From: Epiperipatus broadwayi | Taxonomy: Eukaryota; Animalia; Onychophora | Assembly: GCA_028023455.1 (NCBI GenBank) | Contig: JAQFVV010000009.1 | Coordinates: forward strand, 4,340,001 to 4,404,000 | Reading direction: 5' to 3' | Length of the DNA stretch: 64,000 bases | In this document: positions 1-13,525 of the stretch, one piece after another | Layout of the letters: the number at the start of each line of letters is the position of its first letter | Numbering within the stretch: position 1 is the first letter of the stretch | Program-made: the position numbers and the translations under genes | The notes under the pieces: model-generated | Databases searched by the model: none | What the model was told of the DNA's origin: nothing | Seen by the model: only the letters and a program-made list of their open reading frames with translations

Positions 1-1362
1 TAAAAAAAAAATTATATCTATAAATGAATTAATAACCTTCTTAAAAATCTACAATTTATTTACTCTTAGATATAAACTATTCCAAATTTAAATAATGAAA
101 TCTCTTATTGGTATTATTTATTTAGAAGTTCTTTGCACAAATATTATTTTGTACTTTACATTGTTAAATTTTGAAGCTGCTTCCTAGCATTTTTCAGATT
201 AATGTCCATACATGATTTATTCATTAGTATCATAACAGGTCAGTTTCAGTAATTCACTGGCATTCATCAGTTTTGATTATAGTAAATTAACTGCAAAACA
301 TCAAAGCTAATCAACACTGAATACAATTAATACATCATTTGGAACAACAGACAACAGGTTACAACTTAAAGTTCCATTTTACCATAATAGATCTCTAGAT
401 ACTGGATGGCTGGAAAAAAATAGATGCAATTCTAGTAACTTCACCCAAATATATGCAAAAATCATAGGTGTAAATATGAATTGTCATCAACACAATTGGG
501 ACAACACTAAAATACTCTTCTTCAATTATGGCTTGATTCTTCATTTCTGTAGATTGAATGATGAACTTTTCTTTCTTGGTATCATTAAAATTTATTGTTA
601 GAACTAAATTGATGAAATTGTTAATCTATTTCTAGTCAAATTTGCTATCTCCATCAAGTATAAGTTCAGAATTTTAGATGATTAAGTGTTTAAACTCTGA
701 TTTCATTGAATAAACATTGAATACTAAATTCTCTATAAATACTCTCCTTTTTACACCTTTATAATAAAACTATTTACAAGATGACCAAAAAACAAACATA
801 TTTTCCAAAATTCAGAAGCTAATCTGTTCATCTGCATAGGATTTTCTTTTTTAAAAAAAACATATGATCTTTTGATAACAAAGTGAAAGTTTTTAATTAG
901 TTTGTTGGTTCCAAGAGCAATAACTTGTTTTCCAAATTGTAGTTTTTAATACTTCTAATTACATACACATTAAAAATCTGTAATTTTAGAGCATTTATTT
1001 TTACATTATAGCTTTTTAAAAAAAAAGACAGTTAATTTGGGTCATAAATATTATTTTCATTATCAGTTAAACACTTTTAAACATATATATTTGGTGATTA
1101 TATTCTTTAACTGACCAAATATGGAGCTTTGATTCCATAGTTTTTGCAAAGGCATACTGCAAAATTTATATAGCTTGTAATATATAAATATTAGACATTA
1201 AAAATTGCTTTAATTTTTAGTCACAAATAATTTCAAAAAGATGCTTACATCCTCTTTTTATTTATCTTACAAAATCAGTGTTCCAATTAACAAATGAAAT
1301 ACAGAAATTATCCATTACAATATACTTGTATTAACACTTATATACATGTAAGAGGCATATAT

Positions 1363-4300
1363 ATATGGCTGCAAAAAGGAGTTTGCTATTAACTGAAAAG
1401 AGATCCTTTGATTCCTCTAAGAGGCTTTAAAGGGATCGAGCAGGAGGAATTCACAATGTCCACTCCATATGTTATTCTCATTGTAGTTGTTATTACTATG
1501 TGATTATTTATACAGTATACGAACATAGATGGGCTATTCAGCAACATGCAATAGCTAGCATGGTGAGTTTATTGGCTTGTAATCTCTGAGTTTGAGATCA
1601 AGAAATACCATGGTCTTTCTTCTCAGTTGCCTTATAAGTCAAAATAAATGTGTGTGTGAATGAAAAAAAAATTTCTAATAGATATATATAATTATGACAC
1701 ACAAAAATAAATCATTTCCCTTATTCCCAGGAGTTTGTAAAGTCACCGGTCAAGCTAGCGGTTATGTGGCTGAAGGCAGAGGGTGCTAAGAATCCCGATT
1801 GCAGACCCAGGCTGTCATTTGATGACAACCTGTTATTTAGGTACTTACAACTGCAAATCACTTTCAAGTGAAGGAAGATTGCAAGAATTGGAATAACTGT
1901 CTCATATTAAATGGGAGACTTTGTGAAGTTAGAAAAAAGATGAAGAGACAATTGATTTAAAAATTGGATGTATTTACTACAGACACAAATATTGGAAGTA
2001 CAGGTGGAGTAGAATATGTTATAAATAAAAAGTGGGAGAACATCACTGGGAGATTTATGCATCGGACAGAATGGTAAGATTAATTATTCAATGTAATGGC
2101 AGATATCAAATACCAATAATTCAGGCTTATGCCCCAACAAGTTCTCATAGCAATGAAATAGCAGAGAATTTTTATACGGATATAAAAAAAAGGCTTTTGA
2201 TTAGACGAAACAATATTTTAAAATTGTTATGGAAGACTTTAATGCTAAAATTGGTAAACAATTGAAAGATGAAAGTATTGTAGGTAAATTTGGTTATGGT
2301 AATAGAAATTAGAGAGGACTAGTCTATTGGAGTTTGCAGGGGAAAAAAACCTTTATATTATGAATTCTTTTTTAAAAAAAATGTTAAAAGGAAATGGACA
2401 TGAAAGCACCCAAATAAAGGTACAGCAAATCTAAATTATATTTTGACTAATAGAAAATACATATTTCAAGATTGTGATGTTCATAATCAATTCAACACAG
2501 GAAGTGATCATCAATTAGAGATTTAAGATATATGTTAATGCAAAACTAGAGACAAAAATTATTAAGAAAAACAATATTCACAGTTGATATTCCTATTCTT
2601 CAGAAACATTTTAATGAATTTAAATTATAACTTGCAAATCATTTTCAAATATTAGCAGATTTTGTAAGATTCAGATTTGAATGAAATTAATAGGAAAATA
2701 ACTGATGAACTCTTATTTAAATAAATTAATTATTACAAAAATTAAAGATAAAATAAGTAAATTTTCTTCACTTAAATTATATGAAATTACAAAAGCATCA
2801 ATTTTTAATTCCATTGTTTCAGGGATTTTGGCATACTATGCACCCTGGGTATCTCTACATAACAAAACAATACTCCATATAAACCAGATTGCAAAGAAAT
2901 ATGTCTGGGGTAGAACTTCAAGATGGATCGCAATATCTACCTTGCAAATGCCAATAGAAAATGGAGGTCCTGGCCTGATTGATCCTGGGCTATATATATC
3001 TTACATCAAGTACATTTATTAACTTATTTAAAAGTCAATTTTTTGGACCATTTGTTGATCATGCTAGCTCCTTTAATGAAACTGGATGTAAGGGAAGATC
3101 TTTTATAACCGACCTGTTCATTGCTTATAGGGATCTCCAGGATGATCTGAAATTTGCCCAGTTTGGAAGGTATTAAATATAAAGACTTAATGAATCATTT
3201 TAAAAGTCATGATAATGCAAGGTTGGATATATAAAAAAAAAAGTGTTGAAAAAGTTCTATCTATATATGCACCTCAATCCTACTTGAACTGATGAATGGC
3301 TTATTTCCAACAGCTAAGGTTCTAAATGAAAGGCTACATATGAACTTGGATCCGATCTGTCTACTGTGCAAATCTGATTATGAAACTTTCCAGCATCTAT
3401 TCAAAGAATGTTCAGCATTTGGATAGATAAGAGCTAGTGTTCCACAGACCAATCATCAACTTAAAACTTCTATTTAGTCAATACTTTAAGAAATTTAACA
3501 CCCATAATGCAATGGTAACTGTGCATACCCTTAAGACAATATGGTATATAAGATGTACTAATATATTCGACAATAAGAAATTCAACTAGCTGAGAAAACT
3601 CTACAGCGATTGGGAAACTTATTACAATCAATGTCAGAGATACTTGCCTAGGAAGATGATGACTCAAATCTGGGATGGACCCAGAATAACTCTATGTGAG
3701 ATTATCAGATAAACATTTGTTTTGAGTAAGTTAGAATTCTACTAGGTCGCTTATTCCTTAGGCTAATCAAACATTTTGTTACATGCTTCACCCTTTTGAG
3801 TTGCATTTGCCTTGATGTCTTAAGAGTCTTCTTCTATTACATTGTTACAGGTCAACCTCCTTGAGTTGGAATTAACTGTTTAATGGCCTAGAGCCTTTTT
3901 GTCTTAATAGTGAAATATTTCAATTTGTGTTTTGGTTATCATTTGTTTAATTACTTGTATAAATTGTAAATATTTATGCTATTAATAAAGTTTTTATTAT
4001 AAATTTAAAAAAAAAAAAAATAACTGATACACTTTTAAAAACTGCAACAAAGATAGCTGGTAAAAAAAAGCAACAATTAACCAATAAAATTTCTACTGAG
4101 ACTAGAGAATTTATGAAGAAAAGAAGGAATATGAAAATATATAAAAATGATGCATTAGGAAGGAATGAATATCTCAAAATTTGTAAAATGGTATTAAAAA
4201 CAATTGATAATGATATAAGTATAATTGTGAACGAGTAAGGAAAGTTATAGAAGAGATTAAAAGTTTCAAGAGTGTAAAACAACAATTTGGTATTGGTAGG

Positions 4301-5907
4301 AAACTTATATCTGCAATATGAAAAAAAGATAGAACTATTACTAAAAAGAGAGATGACATCATGATATATATATATAAAAAAGTTCTATCAAGAATTATAC
4401 AGTAATAAAGAACTAGTACCTCCTATAACTATTATTTCTTCTGAATTGCTCAGGATTTTAAATGAAAAAGTTAGACATACAATGAAATTTATGAAGAAGG
4501 GAAATGTTCCCGGCAATGATGGAATTATAAACAATATCTTAAAAGAAACAGATGAAGAAATAGATAATATTTTGGCAACATTATATACCAAATGTCTAAA
4601 TGATAAAGATGTACCAGATAATTGTAAAAATGCAGTATTAATATTAATATTTAAAAACGTCATAAAGAAGATATTAGAAATTACAGACCTATCAGTCTTT
4701 TATAAGTTTTATATAAAATTTTTACTAAGATAATTACAATTCATCTACAGAGAACTTTGGATTTCAACCAACCAAAAGAACAAGCTGGATTTAAAAGTGG
4801 TTTTAATACAGTGGACCATATTCAAATATTGAGAGAAGTTATAGGAAAGACCAATGAATATGAATTGCCATTATGCTTTGGATTTGTAGATTATGAAAAA
4901 ATATTTAATTCTATAAGCATTTCTTCAGTGATTAAAGTTATTGGATCATCAAGGTATAGACTCAGGATATTGTCATATTCTGAAGAATATTTATAAAAAT
5001 GTAACAAGAATTAGATTCCATAATGATACTAGAAAGGTTAAAAGTGAGAAGGATGTAAGACAGGGTGACTCCATATCTCCAAAAAATTTTATAATAATGC
5101 TGTAAGAAGTATTTTGTGAATTAAAATGGGAAGCTAAAGAAATAAAAGTAAATGGAGATTATTTAAGTCATTTAGATTTTGCAGATGATGTAGTTGTTTT
5201 TGCAAATAATGTTGCAAGAGTTATCGGATGAAAGTAAAAGAAGTATGAATAAAGATAGATATTAAAAAGTTCTAAAGTGATGTTTTTTCAAAATATAAAA
5301 ATAAAGGTCAATAATGATGAGTTTAAAAAAAGCTAACAATTAGAAATACCTTGGTCAAATGGAAACAATGGATGGAATGAATCATAGAATTAAACTTGGT
5401 TGAAGTGCTTTCGGTAGAAATAACTTAATATTAAAAGGAAATATGCCTATGTGTTTGAAAAGGGTTTTTAATAAATGTGTTTTACCAGTTCTTATTTATG
5501 GATCTCAGACTTCGAGACTTAACAGAAGAGCAGTACAAAGACTTCAGACCACACAAAGAAATATAGAGAGATGCATGATAGGAGTAACAAGAAGAAATTA
5601 AAAACGCAATATATGGGTAAAAGAACAAACAGGTGTTACTGATGTTGAAAGAATTAAGACTGAAATAGAGGTGGGCTGGATATATTGCTAGAAGAGATTA
5701 TAATAGATGAACAGTTGAAATATTAAACTGGATTCCAAGAAATTGTAAAAGACTCAGAACGACACTGCATGTGAGATGGATAAATGAAATAAGGAAGTAT
5801 GCGGAAGTGATGTGGAGACGAGAGACTAGAGATCGGAGAAGATGGATTGAACATGGAGAGACCTTCATCCTGTAGTGGATTGATAATGGTTGATGATGAT
5901 GAAGATG
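1363..5907 (+). mobile_element. Full-length decayed RTE-clade LINE (APE endonuclease + RT), interrupted by an L1/Tx1-like insertion
   Basis: APE motifs (GTYNCKSL, IIQAYAPTSSH), RT motifs (FNQPKEQAGFKSGF, VRQGDSISP, HLDFADD), (GAT)n 3' tail, 13-bp TSD AAGAGGCATATAT at 1350-1362 and 5908-5920; many stops and frameshifts. Confidence 0.92.
2707..4016 (+). mobile_element. 5'-truncated L1/Tx1-like non-LTR retrotransposon with poly(A) tail
   Basis: ORF 2705-3022 resembles the L1/Tx1 post-RT region (YVWG...TLQMPIENGGPGLIDP); C-terminal zinc knuckle CLLCKSDYETFQHLFKEC at ~3358-3411; AATAAA then poly(A); TSD AAAATAACTGAT at 2695-2706 and 4017-4028. Confidence 0.82.
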
Positions 5908-6359
5908 AAGAGGCATATATTTTTACATATTATAAATTGACATTTATTTATTTAAAACTTTTAATGACCATGCTCCACAATATTAACATCATTATTTTTG
6001 GTTAGTTTCCAAAATTTTCTGTCTATTTTTCTAGCTTTAATTATTGTATCAGTGTTGTAACTGATTCATAATTATCGTAATATACATAATTATAATGAAA
6101 ATTGAAAAGAACTGCCATGCTAGTTAGAATATGAATATTCATCAAGTTTCATAAGTCACTACACTATACTATATATAATGGAAATTCTGTACTAGTAGTT
6201 TATAATTTCCAACTCTATCTGGTAAAAACAATGAATAACAAACAACCTTATCAATTATTAACTGCAAAATAAACATGTACAGAATTAACAGACTCTAGGA
6301 ATAGAAGTCTGTAGCAATCTATAATACTTATATTTTACCTTGAATAGAGCATAATTTAG

Positions 6360-6380
6360 CATATATATATATATATATAT
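6360..6380. repeat. (AT)n microsatellite
   Basis: About 10 AT units read directly. Confidence 0.8.
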
Positions 6381-7879
6381 ACTCTATGAACTGCACTTAT
6401 AACTAGATTAATAATGTCAGATAGTACCAGATGTTGGATATCTCTTTATACATTCATCACAACTGCTACTATCTTGCATAATTCCTTTTAAACAGAAACT
6501 AAAATTTCATCTACATCATTCCATTTCTGTAAACATAGACCCAATATTTAGCTCTATGGAAATATTAAACCTATATATAAGCAATTAAGCTTTTAAGTTA
6601 AAAATTAATAAGTTTATATTAACAAGTAATCAAATAATAGCGTGCATAAATGATTTGATTAAATCTAATAAAATAACACCACATAACTAAAATAATTAGT
6701 TATTTAGTTTGCTAAACAATATATTATTATAAAGAAAAAAAATTGATTAAATTGTATTTTATATTTGAATGAATATTCATTTAGCCAAATGATGAAAGTA
6801 CGAACTGGATTAATGCCAAAAGATCGAATCCCAATTTAATTACTTTTTTTTTTATTATTTAATTAAATATATGTGTACACTTTTATATATATTGTAATAA
6901 TGTATTTAACATTTTTTGCCATACTTATTATAACAAAAAAAAACCTGCATAGTTTAGTTTTATAAATTCATACTTATCATTCATTCCAATTTTCTTATAA
7001 TTGATGAATTTCAATATTCTTTTGTTTGTAATTCTAATTTATTGCAGAACATATAAAAAAAATTTAGATTATAAGCAAACATAATGAACTTCAAATTAAT
7101 TAGGATATTATTAAAATAAATGTGGCTAAAATATTTCAATAACAAAATTTTTTTATTAAAAATTACTGCAATACTGTTAAATAAATTAGAATTCTTTTTC
7201 AGCTAAGTCACTCAAAAATTCTTACTTCAATTAAAGATATAATTTTTAAGATTTACAATATATATGCAATTTTCCAAGTATTGACACATGCAAATTCTGT
7301 TCTTTAATGCGTTATATTACAAGGTTATAGCTTGGCAAAAATTTTACTTCCTCTCTTTCAACAAGCAAATCAGATTGTAGTTAAAAGTTTATGCATATAA
7401 TTAACTGTGATAAATTTTGTTTTCTTATGGGAAAACTTACTTCTTTACCAGTATATTTTTTCATAAATTGATGTTTTTTTATTATTATTATTCAGTAATA
7501 TTGAATGATTATTCTAAGATTAGGTAATATGTTGGTTTGAGACTTTAAAAATGTAGTTCCTGACTAATTCATATATACCTTCTAGCCTCCAGTTACTAAT
7601 TAATGAAAGTCTCAATTTAGTTAATTGCATTCACAATAATTATAATCAGTTTTAAATCCAGTTTCTCCTTTTTAATATATTAATGTCCTACAGTAACAGA
7701 AACACACTTCTTTTAATCTCTGTTGGAATGAGAATCTGACTATTGTTTTAGACTCTACTGTTTTCATTCTCAAATTCATTGCGTAGCTGATGCCAAATCT
7801 AAATTTTATTTTTTAATCGACTTTCAAGGCTATTTATAAGATATTTTAGCACCATTTAGTTAATTCTTAAACAATATTC

Positions 7880-8200
7880 AGTACTGGTTAATTAGCCACT
7901 GTATATCGCTTGGTGGCTGCTTCTGTAAAAAAACAAATCGATATAATGTTTCCAGGCCTGCGACTCTTAAAAATTTACGTTACTGTTCTATGACATTGAA
8001 GTCCTCACACTCTCATATTAAATGGTAGCAAACTGCCATTACTGATCAAAGATGGATAACGCCATCACGTGGCAGAATAAACGGATATTACAATTGTAGT
8101 GTTGTATTAGGTGTAGGTTCAGCCATGTAAATGGCGTACTTGTGTTTTTTCACAGAAGCAGCGCCACCAAGCGATGTACAGTGGCTAATTAACCAGTATC
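7880..8200. mobile_element. MITE with ~55-bp terminal inverted repeats
   Basis: TACTGGTTAATTAGCCACTGTATATCGCTTGGTGGCTGCTTCTGT (7882-) is inverted at ~8150-8198; flanked by CAATATTC at 7872-7879 and 8201-8208 (8-bp TSD, hAT-like length). Confidence 0.78.
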
Positions 8201-8451
8201 CAATATTCCAATATTAAAATTTTCAAAAATTAATTCAGTATAAAGATATTTTTGATAAACAATCTAATTATGAGTAATTAATTTTGAAAATAATAATAAA
8301 CGAAACAAAGTAATAGTTCCAAAAAGTATATATATATAGATAGCAAATTATTATAGTTTAACTGATAAGTATCAAATGCGTGCCCTCACAACTTTAACAC
8401 AAATCACTTAATGAAAGTATATTAATAATTTTTATTAGTCATTCATTAGAC

Positions 8452-8605
8452 TAGAGATTAGCTAATAATGAATAATATTTATGTAGTGTAATTTAGTTTC
8501 TATCCAATTTTAATACCTTGTAGACGAATGGGTCCCTACCTTGCATGAAAGTGGTATAGTGAAAATTACACTATATAAATATTATTTATTATTGGATAAT
8601 CTCTA
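8452..8605. repeat. Small inverted-repeat element (~44-bp arms), probable MITE
   Basis: TAGAGATTAGCTAATAATGAATAATATTTATGTAGTGTAATTT is inverted at 8562-8605 with few mismatches; no TSD seen. Confidence 0.6.
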
Positions 8606-9319
8606 ATAAAAATTATTAATGTTTGTTTTTTTTTTACTTCCTTTGAAAATATGTTATATTTTCAGAAATGGTGATTTATTTATTTACTTCTATTTTAAAA
8701 TATTCATACACCTTAACGATTGCTAGCTAAAATCATCTATTTATGCTAATTAATATATACATTGGAATAATGCAGTATTTGATTTATTAACTAATAAAAT
8801 AATAAAACCAAAGAATTATTATTATTTCATATCTTCATTTCTATTCCCTGTCCTTCTTTACTCATTTTTTTCTTTTCAAATTTGAATTATTAATGTTAGC
8901 TTAGAGCATACTATTCATGATACAATAGCATTACCTCTTTATGAGACAGCAAAGTAATTCTCTAATTCCAATTCATATTATTTATTAAAAATTATATCTA
9001 GCATTACTTCTGCTATAAAGAACCTCATTGACAATTGTTAACATTGAAGATGAATCAAAAAAAAAGTTTTAATATATAACTATTCACTTTGTGCAACTCA
9101 ATTCATATTCAAACTTATCTAACCCAGTTAACAGATTTTTATATCATCCAAATGACCACATTAACAATTAACAATATCATCAGATCAAAATTTTGTATCT
9201 CCTAAAAAAAAAAAAAAAGCAGTAGATGATTACTTAAATAACATTTAACTTATTTACTTTAAATTTTAAACTGTTTTAGCATTTCACATGATCACCATCT
9301 CTTATGCTGGCACATGGGA

Positions 9320-9425
9320 TATTGGATGAGTAGGCACTAGATGGGGATTTTATGCACAAGCCTTCTGGCATCCATTGATTACTCTGGTTGGCACAGGGCG
9401 GCACTACTGTATGGAGAGTTTTGCG
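9320..9425 (+). repeat. Fragment of the repeat family at 13526-13848 (PLE terminal-repeat region)
   Basis: GGATATTGGATGAGTAGGCACTAGATGGGGATTTTATGCAC...TATGGAGAGTTT matches both arms of the 13.5-13.8 kb palindrome. Confidence 0.7.
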
Positions 9426-10808
9426 TGTTTTAGCATTTGTTCTATTATTAGTCAAATAATTATTCTGATGAAACTTATACTTATTAAAATAGAATAAAAA
9501 TGGATAATGATTACAATGTAAATTAAATATTATTTCAGCCATCAATCAAAGTGAAATTAGCTATAGTAATATTTCTGTTTGCATATTAATTTATCAAATT
9601 ATTTCTCTTTATTTTTTATTGAATAACAATGCCATTCTTTTAAATATGGACAGAGTAAAATAATAATCAGATTGGGAACATGCTGATATAAATAAAAAAT
9701 AGCCAATGAACATTGATAGATATTTTATAATAGATATTTTATAATAGATATTTTATAATCACAAACAGTACAGATGATGCTTAAAAAAACCAATGTCTAT
9801 TATTTTGTGCAAATGATGAAGTGCTAATATTGATAAACAGACAGTTTTTTTATATATACAAACCAAACTTTCTTAAGAAAACTTTGAACCTAAGCCTCCA
9901 AAAAATTAAATTTACTAAACACATTTAGTAAAAAAAATAGCAGAATTTTAGCCATGTTAAAATTAAATAACATATTCAGAAAAGAAAGTAAATAGCATAT
10001 GAATACATCTTAGCTATCACCTATTAGTTGAAAATTTATCTGATGATGACAAGAAAAATTTTAATTGCAATAATTTATTGCACAAATGTGAAGAGAATCT
10101 TACAAAAATAACTTTCAATGGATTCAACACAGATTTTCATGAATACTAAAAAAAAGCTTAGATAATATGATTTGTTTCAGACTCAAGTAATCTCAAACTT
10201 CTGAAACAACTATAAAAAATTGATTAATTGAAATCTCAATTAAGATAAATATTAATTCACTAGATGAAACAAAAAATTTAATTTAAAAATATTTTCATAC
10301 TTGGTATGCCCTTGTATAGCAAAGTAGGGAATACTAATAAGTGATCCAAATGCACACTTCCACTAAATTAAATATCAGTTATAAATATAATAATAGTAAA
10401 ATGGTTTAAAAAATAATTCTCTCAAAATTCTATTCTTGCTATGCCTTGGTATAATGAATCTTATCAAACCCCTGATTATTAGAACAAAATTTAATAGATA
10501 CAGATTTTGGACATTCATGTATACCAGTTACACTATGGAATAAAAGAAAAATAAAAAATTAATGACATAATAAAATATATAAATTTTTTTAGTTATAATC
10601 AACAAGAAATCTCAATTCTTTAGTGAATGGGAGCATCAATCTTCTTTAAAAAGATAAATGCATTTATATCAAAATGCCTTCTGTATTTTTGAGATTAGTT
10701 TACAACTTTACAAATAAAACAAAATTTTCATAAAAATTAAATATAAAATTAATTATAAATGCAGCTTTTTGATGAATCATGTTTACTCATGGTTAATCTG
10801 TTTTCACT

Positions 10809-12782
10809 TGTCACGATAACGATATACATATGTCGTTACATTATTTTAAAACTAAAATAAAGGGGAAAATGAATCATAAATAAAACTGATTTTTTTTTTA
10901 AATGTAAAAGAAAATTAAAATAGTTATTTTAAAATATATAATAGCACAGATGGAAAACTATTAAAAACATTATTTAAAAGAAAGTTTTAAAAAAAAAGTA
11001 AAGATCTAAAGATTAGTATTTTTGTTAAAAAGTAATATAAAAGAAAATAGAAACAAATTAATTAGTTTCTATTTAAAAGAATCATGTTTAAATCTTAGTG
11101 AATGGAAATGATTGTTCTATTAATTGAATCTAAAGCAAACAAGCCCTTGGGCACTTTGTAATGTAAAGGTCAGAGAAGAGATAAAAATTAAAAATTGTGT
11201 TTCCCGTTCTGAAGCAGATCGACCAATGCAAGCACCAAACCACTCATAAACCAGAAAGGAAAACATCCGGACCTGTAAGAACAAATGACGTCATGTGCGT
11301 GCGATCGATCCAGAGAGTTTGCGCTAAGAGAGGCAAAAAATTATAAAAGATGAAAATATCAAATTATTACAGTCTTTTTACTCATTTAGAAAATGAAGTA
11401 ACTGTTGACTCTTGAACTGCAGTGCGGACCCCAAAATATATGGGTCTCGCAATGAATTAATTTCCTGTTATGCACTAGCTGAGGCGGCCTTCAAATTGAC
11501 GACTACTGAAGGCAACAAACAATGGATTGGTCTTCCCAGAAATGATATTAATATTAAATGGACTTCGGTTGAATGGGTGCAACGCATCATGGATAAGGCG
11601 GACTTAAAAGCTACCGCAGAAAGTATGAACTTTTGTTTATCTAAATTGAAATAAGAACTGTAAAAAAACTTAAAATAAATAAGAACTTTCAAATATGTAA
11701 ACTTATAAAAAAAATCTTTGTCTGACAGCATAGATTTAAATTAGTCATATTCTCCCAATATGTTTGCTAATCAATCATTTCCATTTTTTTTATTTTCATT
11801 TCTATTTTTTTTTTTTATATATGTTTGCTAAATTGTTAACTTGTGATAAATTTAAGTTGGGTGTAGATGGCTGCATTGATTTGTTATGTTTATGTTAGTT
11901 TAAGGGGGTTAATTTTGGACTATCTTACTCATAGTTGAATCGAGGTTGGTGGAGGGATGTATGGGTGTTTCATGTCAATCTAATATGAAGTGCGCTAGCA
12001 TACAGAGCTTAGCATCCGAACTGAATAAATGCCCAAAGTGTAGCCATTGCATTGCCGATGGACGCAGATGTATTCCTTGCACCTTAAATTCTTCTCACTC
12101 TATGGATTGGGACTATAAGAGGGCAAAGACTGCCCTCCCTCCATATGGAGCACTTCATATTAAATAATTACTTAACTTGCCAGACAGATGCACATTCCTG
12201 TACTGGACAAGGATCATTCTTCCTTAAATAATATCATGCTGCAGACGCCATTACTGTCAGTATGGTTTTATGCTAACGTCTTTATGTTTCATTGATCACA
12301 TCGATATATCATTAAACTGGCTTGAGTTTAGCTGCGAACTTATAACCTGGAATTAAAAGGGTAGAGTTAGTCAAGTGTGTAGTCTGTGTAGCCTATCTAT
12401 GCCTAACATTCTAATATATTAAATTGTATAAACTGTCCATCTGTGCGGACTTACTAAAGTTTAAAATAATAATAATAACAAATTAAAGCAATATTAAAAA
12501 ATTTATTCCTCAAATTTATATATGTGCGTAAATAAATGTTTGTGTGATTATAACTGGCAGTGGCTTATTTTATTATCTTTTTTCTTTATTAAAAATGTGT
12601 TTAAAAATATATATCACTAAATCTCAACTACTCCTTAAGCTTAGTGACTAGGGCACATCGATTGAATAAAAATGGAATCTTACAAAGAAGTATCTGCCTA
12701 GCATATAAATTTTCCAGGTTCAAATGGTCTGGTGGCGCCCTGTATGACAGATAGAGTAAGAGTATCTTCCCTGACCGTTATA
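10809..12782 (+). mobile_element. ~2-kb TG...CA element (long solo-LTR-like), copy 1
   Basis: Termini TGTCACG...CGTTATA; 5-bp TSD TCACT/TCGCT (CpG-type mismatch); patchy homology along its length to 38548-40751; CRE TGACGTCA at 11286, TATAAAAG at 11342, AATAAA near 12530. Confidence 0.7.
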
Positions 12783-13525
12783 TCGCTAAAGTAAGATCTA
12801 AACTTTTATCATTATTATCCAATTGTTATAGCTATAAACATACTCAAATTGGAAAAATATCTAATATATCACAGTTTTTACATCTAATATAATTATCAGG
12901 ATTTATTGAACAAATTTTTCCATTAATAGATTACCAGTTTTGGTTGCAAACAATGATGCAGCATTCTTGGTGCAAAAATTTTGCTCTGAAAATATTGAAG
13001 TAATCTACTTATCATCTTTGATCCTGCATCTTTAAATGAAATAACCCATTCAACAATTATTAAATCATGTTTGCGCTAAATATTTAGAATAATAGTAGAA
13101 TAAATGTTTTTTAATAAAATATCATATCATGTTCTTCCATGGGAAAACTGTTGAATTACTTTTAAACATATATTTACACACCCAAATTCAGTCACCAATA
13201 ATCCTCAAAAAACTTGAACATGGAAGAAACTAATGACAATAAATAACAAAAGAAGTAGATCTGGGACATTTATTAAATTACTAGAGAAAACTCATCAGTT
13301 ATTTCACAATAATTATCTGCAAATTTTCTTCTACATTGGAATCCCTATAACCAAAAAGTTTGCCAAGTCCAGTACTATATTTATTTTCACAAATGAAATG
13401 GGCTCACGATCCAACTATAAATTATCAGGAAAGATTAAAAAAAAAAAAACTTAATTGCTTGTTTCAATATCATCAAAACATCACGTGATCACCATTTCAT
13501 ATACTTGCAGTTTGTTAATATCAGT

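Noticed and set aside
1363-1830. HDV-like ribozyme in the RTE 5' UTR
   Set aside because: Several conserved hairpins are present and such ribozymes are known in RTE elements, but I could not assign P1-P4 consistently in both copies; needs a covariance-model search.
6489-6527. Possible terminal exon KWNDVDEILVSV*
   Set aside because: Good acceptor, but it gives an immediate stop after exon 14242-14278 and has no independent support.
11162-11180. TGTAAAGGTCAGAGAAGA as a terminal inverted repeat pairing with 12765-12782
   Set aside because: Homology with the second copy continues about 350 bp further to 10809, where the real terminus and TSD lie.
12900-13470. Possible pogo/Tc1 transposase remnant
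   Set aside because: Only weak motif resemblance (SENIEVIYL) and no TIRs found.
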